Source: an uncultured Bacteroides sp.
GTDB lineage: Bacteria > Bacteroidota > Bacteroidia > Bacteroidales > Bacteroidaceae
Direction: 5' to 3'
Length of the DNA: 51,347 bases
NCBI GenBank assembly: GCA_902472795.1
Contig: CABROZ010000001.1
Span: forward strand, 1-51,347
This document shows, piece by piece, positions 1-8,704 of the stretch (its first letter is position 1; each line of letters starts with the position of its first letter). The position numbers and the translations under genes were made by a program. Under the pieces are notes generated by a model, which searched no databases, had not been told where the DNA came from, and worked only from the letters and a program-made list of their open reading frames with translations.

Positions 1-3
1 AGG

Positions 4-69
4 ATACGACTGAGGGTACCTAAGTATAGGACTGAGGGGGTCTAACTATACGACTGTGATAGGCAAAAT
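4..69. repeat. Degenerate 22-bp tandem repeat (3 units visible, may continue left of the window)
   Basis: Units at 4, 26, 48: ATACGACTGAGGGTACCTAAGT / ATAGGACTGAGGGGGTCTAACT / ATACGACTGTGATAGGCAAAAT. Confidence 0.7.
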
Positions 70-161
70 ACAAGCGTCTCGTAATCAGCCTTTTATGAAA
101 ATCGGATGAATGGTTATGGAAGTTTACAAATCCGTGCCGTTTCCGGCCTCCCGCCGTCGGG

Positions 162-1418
162 TTACAACTGCTTCAGTTCCCTGACTAACGAGTCGCATAC
201 CTGCGTAAATGCCGCCCTGTTCTCGGCGCTGATGGGCTTCTTGGGTTGCGACTTGATGGTGAGCGGATTGATGGGCTTGCCGTTTTCGTGTACGCGGAAG
301 TCCAGATGAGGCCCGGTAGCCAGTCCCGTGGCTCCCACGTACCCGATGACTTCCTTCTGTGCCACCTGCGACCCCACCCGGATGCCTTTGGCAAAGCGTG
401 ACAGGTGCATGTAGGTGCTGACGTAAACGCTGTTGTGCTTTATCTTCAGGTAGTTTCCCCCGCCTCCGGCCTCATACCCTTTGGCAATCACCTTTCCGCT
501 GCCGATGGCATAGACCGGCGTGCCCGTGGGTGCGGCATAATCGACGCCGTGGTGTGCCCTGTAGCGCTTCAGCACCGGGTGGAAACGGCTGTTCGAGAAG
601 CGCGACGAGATGCGATAGAAGTCGAGCGGAGCCTTCAGGAAAGCGCCCTCGAGGCTGTTGCCCCGTTCGTTGTAGTAGAGTTCCTCGCCGTCCTGCACGA
701 AGGGGATAGCGTAGTACAGGCTGTCTTCGTGTGCGAACGAGGCGGCCAGGATGTGGAAGTTTTGCAGGCTGTTGCCGTCGACGTACTCCTGTTCGTAGAT
801 GACGCGGAACTCGTCCTGCTTCTGCAGTCCGAAGAAGTCGATGGTCCAGCCGAAGATATCGGACAGTTCCATGGCCAGCTGAGGCGAGGCGTCGCATTGC
901 TTCATGGCTACCCAGAGCGACGATTCCACGCGGCCTTTCACCTCCTGCCGCTTCCATTCCGAGGGATTCTCGCCGCGGCGCACGCTGTAATCGCCGCGCA
1001 GGTCGAAGACGACATACGACTTCGGACTCTCTTCGTAAACGAAGAAGCGCGTGCGTGGCAGGCTGTCCTTGGTGGTGAACACGGCGTAGGCTTGTCCGCT
1101 CTTCACCTTGCGGGCGTCGAATGTGCCCTTGGCCCGTTCGTTCAGCCGGTGGACGTCGCCCACCGACAGACCGTGGCGCCGCAGGATGGACGACAGGTTC
1201 TGGTTGTTCTCCACAATGCCGTAATTCACGTTGTAGCGGTCGGTCGGGATGCCATATTTATAGGTTATTTCTTCTACTTCCACCGAGTCGGTGACTTCTA
1301 TTTCGTCGAGCGACGAGGCAAGACGGTGTTGCCGCATCAGGGCGGCAATGCCTCCGGCGGCAGCCAGTACGACGAGGATGGCGGCTGCCATCAGTATGGT
1401 TTTCTTCTTTTTCTTCAT
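162..1418 (-). CDS. M23 family peptidoglycan DD-endopeptidase (MepM-like), N-terminal membrane anchor
   Basis: HHGVDY (HxxxD) and ATGPHLDF motifs in the C-terminal M23 domain. Start moved from 1634 to ATG 1418 (MKKKKKTILMAAAILVVLAAAGG: basic head plus TM helix). Confidence 0.88.
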   Translation of the reverse strand: MKKKKKTILMAAAILVVLAAAGGIAALMRQHRLASSLDEIEVTDSVEVEEITYKYGIPTDRYNVNYGIVENNQNLSSILRRHGLSVGDVHRLNERAKGTFDARKVKSGQAYAVFTTKDSLPRTRFFVYEESPKSYVVFDLRGDYSVRRGENPSEWKRQEVKGRVESSLWVAMKQCDASPQLAMELSDIFGWTIDFFGLQKQDEFRVIYEQEYVDGNSLQNFHILAASFAHEDSLYYAIPFVQDGEELYYNERGNSLEGAFLKAPLDFYRISSRFSNSRFHPVLKRYRAHHGVDYAAPTGTPVYAIGSGKVIAKGYEAGGGGNYLKIKHNSVYVSTYMHLSRFAKGIRVGSQVAQKEVIGYVGATGLATGPHLDFRVHENGKPINPLTIKSQPKKPISAENRAAFTQVCDSLVRELKQL

Positions 1419-1584
1419 GGGTGTGGGGTTGGATGTACAGGTCCGGGGCAGAGCTTTTCTGCTTCGGGCGGGTAAAAGTACAAAATAGTCGCGGATTTTT
1501 CCTGCTTCGGGGCGGTAAAACTGTTGTTCCGCGGTGCGATTGGCTGTAAAAACAGTGGAACGGGGCCGTCGGAGGAATGAAAAA

Positions 1585-1702
1585 ATCGTCCAAACCGATG
1601 CAACGAAAGTCCAAAGCGGCCGTAGGGCAGCCACATTCTGACGATTCTGTCATTCATTTAGATGATTCTTCTATGGTTGTAAGGGCGAAATGCGTACTTT
1701 TG
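1585..1702 (+). promoter_or_regulatory. GH127 promoter: -7 box plus 21-bp-spaced direct repeats (candidate HTCS/AraC operator)
   Basis: TACTTTTG at 1695-1702; GACGATTCT (1640) and GATGATTCT (1661) 21 bp apart; GTCCAAA at 1588 and 1609, also 21 bp apart. Confidence 0.55.
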
Positions 1703-1737
1703 TCGTAAATAAATGAAGATAATTAAAAGTTCATGGT

Positions 1738-4173
1738 ATGAGATTGCAAGTCCGACTTCTTTTCTGTGGCGTCGTCCTGTGGGGACTGGCGTCGTGTGGA
1801 GACTCCTATGTGAAGCCCGATGCGCCGATTCAGGAAGTCTCGTTTACCCGGGTCCATCTGGAGGATGGCTTCTGGCTACCCCGTATCGAAACCAACCGTA
1901 CGGTTTCCATCCCTTCTGCTTTCAGGGAATGTGAGAAGAACGGGCGTTTCGACAACTTCGCCATTGCCGGCGGGCTGAAAAAGGGTGAGCATCGGGGCGA
2001 CTTCTCGTTCGACGATACCGATCCTTATAAAGTGATTGAGGGAGCCTCTTATTCGCTGGCTGTCAAGTACGACAAAGCGCTCGATGCCTATCTGGACAGT
2101 GTCATATCGCTGATAGCTGCCGCCCAGGAGCCGGACGGCTATCTGACGACGTGCGTGACCAACCGTTGCTACCGCCTGTCCGGTTGGTGGGGAAAGCAGC
2201 GCTGGGAGAAGATCAACAGCCACGAGCTGTATAACAGCGGCCACTTGTACGAGGCTGCCGTGGCCCATTATCAGGCCACCGGCAAGCGGACGCTGCTCGA
2301 CGTGGCCATTCGGAATGCCGACCTCGTCTGTCAGGTATTCGGACCCGGCGAAGGACAGATTCATCGTCCGAGCGGCCATCCCATCATCGAAATGGCCCTG
2401 GCGAAACTCTATAAGGTGACAGGCAACGAGAAATACCTGCAGACCGCCCGCTACTTTGTCGAAGAAACCGGGCGGGGCACCGACGGACACCAACTGAGCG
2501 AGTACAGCCAGGACCACAAGCCCATCCTGCAGCAGGATGAAATCGTGGGACATGCCGTGCGGGCCGGCTACCTGTACTCCGGCGTGGCCGATGTGGCGGC
2601 GCTTACGCACGACACGGCTTATTTCAATGCCCTGTGCCGCATCTGGGACAACATGGCCGGCAAGAAACTCTACATAACGGGCGGTATCGGCTCGCGTGCG
2701 CAGGGCGAAGGCTTCGGTCCCGATTACGAGCTGAACAACCAGACCGCCTATTGCGAAACGTGCGCGTCCATCGCCAACGTCTTCTGGAACTACCGCATGT
2801 TCCTGGCCACGGGCGATGCCAAGTATGCCGACGTGCTGGAGCGTGCCTTGTACAACGGAGTCATCTCGGGCGTGTCGCTGAGTGGCGACAAGTTCTTCTA
2901 CGACAATCCACTCGAGTCGATGGGGCAGCACGAACGCCAGCGGTGGTTCGGGTGCGCCTGCTGTCCGGGCAACATTACCCGCTTTATGGCCAGCGTACCT
3001 TTATACATGTATGCTACGCAGGCCAACGACATCTACGTCAACCTGTACATTCAGAGCAAGGCCCGGCTGACGACCGAAGCCAATCAGGTGACCTTGGAGC
3101 AGACCACCGCCTATCCTTGGGAGGGCAAGGTGACACTGACCGTCACACCCGAAACGGAGCAGGAGTTTGCACTGCGCCTCCGCATACCGGGCTGGGCACA
3201 GGATTCACCGGTTCCTACCGACCTGTATGCGTTTACCGGAAAGGTCGGGGCATATAGCGTCTCGGTCAACGGCAAGAAAGTTCATGCCCGCCTGTACGAC
3301 GGCTACGCCACCATTCACCGCCGCTGGAAGGCAGGCGACGTGGTCGAGGTTGACCTGCCGATGGACGTGCGCCGCATCAAAGCCAATGACAAGGTGGAAG
3401 ACGACCGTGGCAAACTGGCGATTGAACGGGGTCCCATTGTATTCTGTTTGGAGGGAAAGGACCAGCCTGATGGCCATGTATTCAATAAGTTTATCCCCGA
3501 CGGCACACCGATGACGGCCTCTTACGATGCCGACCTGCTGAACGGAGTCGTTGTACTGACCGGTACCGCCAAGGAAGTGGAAAAGGATGGCACCGTGAAA
3601 GATGTCGCCTTCAAGGCTATTCCTTACTCTACCTGGAACAACCGCGGAGCCGATCAGATGGCGGTATGGATTCCTGCTTCGGCCGGGTATGCCCGTCCTA
3701 CCCCCGAACCGACCATTGCCAGCAAGGCACGTACGCTGATGATTCAGGCACCCATTCAGAAGGATGCTCCCGAGTCGGCCTCGGTTGAGGCTTGGGCATG
3801 GGGAGTCAACGACCAGTGGGAACCCAAGCGCTCGTCGGACACGTCGAAACCCTATCATTACTGGTGGCTGAAGAACGGTACGCTGGAAACCCTGGCTTAC
3901 GAGTTTGACCAGCCTTACACGGTGTCGCATGTCGATGTCTATTGGTTGGATTTCGACCACTATGACGGCAATTTCCGTGTGCCCGAAAGCTGGAAGCTAT
4001 ATTATAAAGACGGCAAAAGTTGGAAAGAAGTGGAAGCTCTCTCACCTTATACCACAGATAAGGACCGATACAACGGATTGGACTTCAAACCGGTCAGAAC
4101 GACCGGGCTGAAGATCGCCGCCCAGTTGCAAAAAGGTGCATCCGGCGGAGTGATAGAGTGGAAAGTGGAATAA
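1738..4173 (+). CDS. GH127 beta-L-arabinofuranosidase-like glycoside hydrolase, lipoprotein, with extra C-terminal beta-sandwich domain
   Basis: SHELYNSGH, GHAVRA, YCETCA and WFGCACCP (Zn/Cys) motifs of GH127; lipobox LASC. Confidence 0.9.
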   Translation: MRLQVRLLFCGVVLWGLASCGDSYVKPDAPIQEVSFTRVHLEDGFWLPRIETNRTVSIPSAFRECEKNGRFDNFAIAGGLKKGEHRGDFSFDDTDPYKVIEGASYSLAVKYDKALDAYLDSVISLIAAAQEPDGYLTTCVTNRCYRLSGWWGKQRWEKINSHELYNSGHLYEAAVAHYQATGKRTLLDVAIRNADLVCQVFGPGEGQIHRPSGHPIIEMALAKLYKVTGNEKYLQTARYFVEETGRGTDGHQLSEYSQDHKPILQQDEIVGHAVRAGYLYSGVADVAALTHDTAYFNALCRIWDNMAGKKLYITGGIGSRAQGEGFGPDYELNNQTAYCETCASIANVFWNYRMFLATGDAKYADVLERALYNGVISGVSLSGDKFFYDNPLESMGQHERQRWFGCACCPGNITRFMASVPLYMYATQANDIYVNLYIQSKARLTTEANQVTLEQTTAYPWEGKVTLTVTPETEQEFALRLRIPGWAQDSPVPTDLYAFTGKVGAYSVSVNGKKVHARLYDGYATIHRRWKAGDVVEVDLPMDVRRIKANDKVEDDRGKLAIERGPIVFCLEGKDQPDGHVFNKFIPDGTPMTASYDADLLNGVVVLTGTAKEVEKDGTVKDVAFKAIPYSTWNNRGADQMAVWIPASAGYARPTPEPTIASKARTLMIQAPIQKDAPESASVEAWAWGVNDQWEPKRSSDTSKPYHYWWLKNGTLETLAYEFDQPYTVSHVDVYWLDFDHYDGNFRVPESWKLYYKDGKSWKEVEALSPYTTDKDRYNGLDFKPVRTTGLKIAAQLQKGASGGVIEWKVE

Positions 4174-4457
4174 CAGGTTTATGGTTCTCTCTTCGGGCGC
4201 AGGAAGCTGTACAGGCTTTTTGCGCCTTGTCTTTTTAGATATCGGTATCCATCTCTTGTATATGAAAAAGAATATCTGTACATTTGTTGTAGGCATGTCG
4301 CAGCCGGTCCGTGCTGCCTGCTGGTTATGGTGCCGGCAGGTTGGCGGCGTTGGCCGGATGGAATGGCAGGCGGGCATGCGTTGAATATAATTTGTGTATA
4401 GATAATCCGGTCGGGACAGGGCCGAAAGGTCGGTCTGCTGGGCCGGTACGTAGCGAT

Positions 4458-5090
4458 ATGAATTCATTAGTGACATTGAAGCGTCCCTTCGTATGGTTGA
4501 GCCGTTTCCGCCATCGTCGCGGATACGGAGTGCATTCGCCGTTTGCATTCGACTTCATCACGCGGGTGGTTTACGAGCATACCCCTTACTATCAGTACAA
4601 GGGATTAGGGACGGAGCAGCGGCGCCTTGCTTCCGAAAAGGGGCGGCGCTGGAAACAACGGGAATCGAGGAAGGTGAAACGGCTGTTGTTCCGCCTGGTC
4701 AACCGTGCCCAACCGGCACTGATTGTCAACGTAGGTCCCCCTTCGGCGGCCGAACTGTATCTGAAGGCAGCCAAGAAGGATGTCGATTACCTGTATGCAT
4801 CCGACCCGGGCGAGCTCTTCCTGGAAAGTGGGGTTCCTGTCGATTTCCTGTATCTGCACGATTATCGTCATCCGTCACTGGTGCGCACGGTCTTCGATGT
4901 GTGTGCCGACCGTGTGACGGATCGATCGGTTTTTGTCATCGAAGGCATCGGCTATTCGTCGGCCATGCGTCGCCTTTGGAACGAGATGAGGCGCGATGCA
5001 CGGGCAGGAATTACGTTCGACCTTTACGACCTGGGCATCCTCTTTTTTGACAAGTCGAAGATAAAGCAAGATTATATAGTGAACTTTTAA
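4458..5090 (+). CDS. Conserved Bacteroidetes hypothetical protein, degenerate SAM-methyltransferase-like
   Basis: N-terminal [16 protein letters not shown] and C-terminal [14 protein letters not shown]...KQDYIVNF signature; start moved to ATG 4458; directly upstream of PduO. Confidence 0.7.
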   Translation: MNSLVTLKRPFVWLSRFRHRRGYGVHSPFAFDFITRVVYEHTPYYQYKGLGTEQRRLASEKGRRWKQRESRKVKRLLFRLVNRAQPALIVNVGPPSAAELYLKAAKKDVDYLYASDPGELFLESGVPVDFLYLHDYRHPSLVRTVFDVCADRVTDRSVFVIEGIGYSSAMRRLWNEMRRDARAGITFDLYDLGILFFDKSKIKQDYIVNF

Positions 5091-5139
5091 TGCAAGGGTC
5101 TGTTTATTATCAACAGCAAATTCTAAACAATCAGCCAAT

Positions 5140-5694
5140 ATGAAAGTATATACCAAAACCGGAGATAAGGGAACTACTTCCCTGGTAGGGGGTACCCGCG
5201 TACCCAAGACACACGATCGCCTGGAGGCTTACGGCACTGTGGACGAACTGAATTCCTTCCTGGGTTTGCTTGTCACGTATGTGACCGACGGGCAGGATGC
5301 CCTTTTTCTGCAGCAGGTACAGAACCGTCTGTTTGTCGTGGGGTCCTATTTGGCAACCGATCAGACAAAAATGTCACTCAAGTCTGCCAGTGTCGTCACC
5401 CCTGCAATGGTGACAGAAATGGAAAATGAGATAGACCGTTTGGATGGAGTATTGCCTCCGTTGTCAGCTTTTGTACTGCCCGGTGGCAGTCGGGGCGCTG
5501 CCGTCTGTCATGTGTGTCGCACCGTGTGTCGGCGTGCCGAACGGCGTATTCTGGCTTTGTCGGCTCAGGTCGAAGTTGCCCCTGAGTTGCTGGCCTACAT
5601 GAATCGTTTGTCCGATTATTTGTTCGTTCTGTCCCGAAAGATTAATCTGGATGCGAAAAAAGAAGAAATATTTTGGAATAATAGTTGTAAGTGA
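5140..5694 (+). CDS. PduO-type ATP:cob(I)alamin adenosyltransferase
   Basis: [47 protein letters not shown] motifs. Confidence 0.95.
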   Translation: MKVYTKTGDKGTTSLVGGTRVPKTHDRLEAYGTVDELNSFLGLLVTYVTDGQDALFLQQVQNRLFVVGSYLATDQTKMSLKSASVVTPAMVTEMENEIDRLDGVLPPLSAFVLPGGSRGAAVCHVCRTVCRRAERRILALSAQVEVAPELLAYMNRLSDYLFVLSRKINLDAKKEEIFWNNSCK

Positions 5695-5706
5695 CATAAA
5701 TTGTTA

Positions 5707-5714
5707 TACATTTG
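5707..5714 (+). promoter_or_regulatory. Bacteroidetes -7 box upstream of DUF2795 gene
   Basis: TACATTTG matches TAnnTTTG, about 60 bp before the ATG. Confidence 0.6.
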
Positions 5715-5775
5715 CCGAAAATTTGAAAGAGAATAGATATGATCACAATATTCACGATTTAAATACTTAGGAATT

Positions 5776-5997
5776 ATGTATTGGACATTGGAATTGGCAT
5801 CCAAACTGGAGGATGCTCCTTGGCCGGCAACTAAGGACGAATTGATAGATTATGCCATGCGTTCGGGCGCTCCGCTTGAAGTAATTGAGAATCTGCAGGA
5901 GATGGAAGATGAAGGCGAGATTTATGAAAGCATAGAAGACATTTGGCCCGATTATCCCAGTAAGGAAGATTTCTTCTTCAACGAGGAAGAATATTAA
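5776..5997 (+). CDS. DUF2795 small acidic conserved protein
   Basis: MYWTLELASKLEDAPWPATKDELIDYA... is the highly conserved Bacteroidetes DUF2795 sequence. Confidence 0.92.
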   Translation: MYWTLELASKLEDAPWPATKDELIDYAMRSGAPLEVIENLQEMEDEGEIYESIEDIWPDYPSKEDFFFNEEEY

Positions 5998-6029
5998 TAG
6001 CCTATAGATAGGTTAAATAATTGAATAGT

Positions 6030-6064
6030 AGCGGGACAGACAAATCATTTTTGTCTGTCCCGCT
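6030..6064. terminator. Hairpin/terminator between convergent DUF2795 and LRR genes
   Basis: AGCGGGACAGACAAA-N5-TTTGTCTGTCCCGCT, perfect 15-bp stem. Confidence 0.8.
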
Positions 6065-6119
6065 GGTTTATAGGAGTAGGATGGTTGTAATAATAGTCCT
6101 TCGGCCGATAAGATAGCGT

Positions 6120-7937
6120 TTAATTAGCGGGATAATTGGTAAAGCCGTATCCTTCGTTTTGGGGCATCAGAGCCCAATTGTGGAAGTATGGATGACTTAA
6201 CACGGATTCGGGTATCTCGCCCGACAGATTGTTTCGTATCAGAATAAGAGAATAGAGCTGTTCCAAATATCCTAATTCGGCCGGAATTTCTCCCGACAGA
6301 TTGTTTGCCAGTAGTTCCAGGTCGTTGAGTTGGCTCAAATTGCCGATTTCAGCCGGTATTTTACCCGTAAGGCCACAATAGCACAAATACAACCTTTCCA
6401 GATGTACAAGTTTACAGATGTCAGTCAGGGCTTCCCCCAATGCTTCTGCACTCCAAATATCCAACGACTTCAATGACGTTAGTCCGCTGATTGCCCGGAT
6501 GTCATTTAACGGTGCATTTGCGATATATAAAGTCGTTAACTTCGTTAGTTTTTTGAACCAGTCGGGTATGGAATGCATAGGAATGTTGTAGATGTAGATT
6601 TCCTGGAGTTCGGTAAGTACTGACAAATCCGGCATCGCGCCATATTCTGCTTCTGATAAGTCGTTCAGTTCTAAATAGTAAACCTGCCCATTCCCATTCA
6701 CTTCGATATTCGAAAATTCAGTGATATCGTTCTCTGCGGTCCAAGTGTCTTTAATGTATTGAGGGGCATTCTCTCCCCAAGCATCCTTAATGGCTAAAAG
6801 CAGTTCCTTGTCTGCCTCTTCTATTTCTGTATTCGATAGACTGAAACCGTCCTGTTGCGGATTGAAATCGAAACGACTGTAATAAGAGCTGCCTTTCAGG
6901 CCTTGCGGCACAGGGCCTGATAACCGGTTGTAGGTAATATTGAGTTGTCTAAGGGTACGGCCCAGTTTTCCCAATTCTACCGGAACTTCGCCGCTCAACT
7001 GGTTGTAGGACATATAAAAGGATGTCAAATAGGATAGATTGCCTAATTCAGCCGGGATTTCGCCGGTCAATTGGTTGACATCCAGCCACAGGGCTCTTAA
7101 GTTCGATAAATTGCCCAGTTCGGCAGGAATTTCGCCGGTCAGCTGATTACGCCAAAGAGACAAGGAGGTCAGTTTTTTCAATTGGCCCATCGCTGCCGGA
7201 ATTTCACCGGTCAGCTGGTTGTTCGACAGATCCAGAGACTCCAGTTGCGACAAATCGCCCAGCTCTGTCGGAAGCTCGCCGGTCAACTGATTGTAAGACA
7301 GATTCAGTTCCTCAAGGTTGGAAAGGTTTTTTATCTCGGGCGGAATATTCCCGGATAACTGATTCTGTGCCAGATACAATGAGGTGAGCTCGGTTATTTG
7401 GAACAGTTCGGGACTGATGGAACCCGACAGATTGCATTTAGCTCTGTTGATGCTCAACTCGTCTTTTGTATAGGTAATGCCTTCCCAATCGGACAGCGGA
7501 TTTTGCAAGTTCCATCCCCAGGACTCCAGAACATCGGTAGTGGTCATGGTGCTGAAAGCCTTAAGTAGCTCGGTCTTAATGAGCTGTTGCCTGTCGCGAA
7601 CGACGTCTATCGTGCATGAAGCCGAGATATTGGTATGCTGAGCCGTGGCCGTGACAATGGTTTGTCCTTCGGCTACGGCAGTAATCGTACCGGCCTGATC
7701 GACTGTTGCAACAGTTTCGTCCGACGAACTCCATACGACTGCCTGATTGGCATTCTGGGGCAGTACGGTAGCAACAAGGGTGATGCTACGGTTTTCCTCC
7801 TCATCGAGTGACAAGGTTGCCTGTGACAGATTTACCGTCACCGATTCTACGTCAATCATGATCTCATCCGAATCTTTACATCCTGCCAGTATCAGGCATG
7901 TAAATAATAGCCATGCATATAATTTTTTCATCTTCAT
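6120..7937 (-). CDS. Lipoprotein with Big_2 (Ig-like) domain and two plant-type leucine-rich-repeat modules
   Basis: Lipobox LAGC followed by KDSDE; WSSSDETVATVDQAG (Big_2); 24-aa LxxLxLxxNQLTGEIPxELGxL repeats; start at ATG 7937 (or 7931); TATTTTTG -7 box on minus strand at 8039-8046. Confidence 0.88.
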   Translation of the reverse strand: MKMKKLYAWLLFTCLILAGCKDSDEIMIDVESVTVNLSQATLSLDEEENRSITLVATVLPQNANQAVVWSSSDETVATVDQAGTITAVAEGQTIVTATAQHTNISASCTIDVVRDRQQLIKTELLKAFSTMTTTDVLESWGWNLQNPLSDWEGITYTKDELSINRAKCNLSGSISPELFQITELTSLYLAQNQLSGNIPPEIKNLSNLEELNLSYNQLTGELPTELGDLSQLESLDLSNNQLTGEIPAAMGQLKKLTSLSLWRNQLTGEIPAELGNLSNLRALWLDVNQLTGEIPAELGNLSYLTSFYMSYNQLSGEVPVELGKLGRTLRQLNITYNRLSGPVPQGLKGSSYYSRFDFNPQQDGFSLSNTEIEEADKELLLAIKDAWGENAPQYIKDTWTAENDITEFSNIEVNGNGQVYYLELNDLSEAEYGAMPDLSVLTELQEIYIYNIPMHSIPDWFKKLTKLTTLYIANAPLNDIRAISGLTSLKSLDIWSAEALGEALTDICKLVHLERLYLCYCGLTGKIPAEIGNLSQLNDLELLANNLSGEIPAELGYLEQLYSLILIRNNLSGEIPESVLSHPYFHNWALMPQNEGYGFTNYPAN

Positions 7938-8516
7938 AATTATAAAGTGTGAATAGGTTTCTACCAATGATTGCTCTCATCTTTTTGCTGAGAATCTGAC
8001 CAGAATAAAGGTTTCGCATACATCGGTGGTAAATATAGCAAAAATATTTTAAATTACTCTTTTTGACACAGAATTTTAAGACTTCTGTGTTGCATCTGTT
8101 TCGTTCTTTGTCGGTGGCATGAAATAACTTTGGACATCAGATGTGACTTTTGTGGGTTTCTTCAAATAAAGTATAAGGGTAAGAACCGGTTTACCATTCT
8201 CGAACCGTCGGCCTTTACGTTCACACTAACTTCCTGTACGACAGTTGATTCCTGTGAAACGTCATTCCTTACAGTTCACATGTACGATTTTTGCATCTGC
8301 TGATACGTGAAAGTATGTTTCAACGCAATGCGCTTATTCCCTGTCTGTTATGTTGAAACTTCACCGGCGAACATTCGAAAACATGAGTTTTTAAGGCTGA
8401 TTGATACGAAGAAGCGTTGTCCTGCGGTGAAAGCAGAAAAATGTTTTCAGATAGTCCGGTTGAAGGGCAGGGTCAGGCATCGAAAAACGATGGTTCAGTT
8501 GCTCTGTTGTACGACG

Positions 8517-8590
8517 CAAGTACGGCTCGCGAGCCGTGCAAGTGTCCCACAAATGGAATGCAAGTGTGGCTCGCGGGAGCCGTACAAGTG
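8517..8590. repeat. 22-bp-periodic repeat with palindromic core ACGGCTCGCGAGCCGT
   Basis: CAAGT anchors at 8517, 8539, 8561, 8585; inverted homologue at 44311-44381. Confidence 0.75.
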
Positions 8591-8680
8591 TTTCGGAACG
8601 GAGTGGTTCCCCTTCGTAAACATCAGGTGGAAAAGTAGAACTTTTTCCTGTATGGAATCTGTTTTTACGCGACAAAGTCA

Positions 8681-8688
8681 TATATTTG
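8681..8688 (+). promoter_or_regulatory. -7 box of helicase gene
   Basis: TATATTTG 16 bp before ATG 8705. Confidence 0.65.
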
Positions 8689-8704
8689 TGTATTCTTTAA
8701 ACCA

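Noticed and set aside
4280..4457. GC-rich leader upstream of the PduO block as a cobalamin riboswitch
   Set aside because: No GGGAA / B12-box (AGxCAGxAxACCxGC-like) elements visible; an Rfam search would settle it
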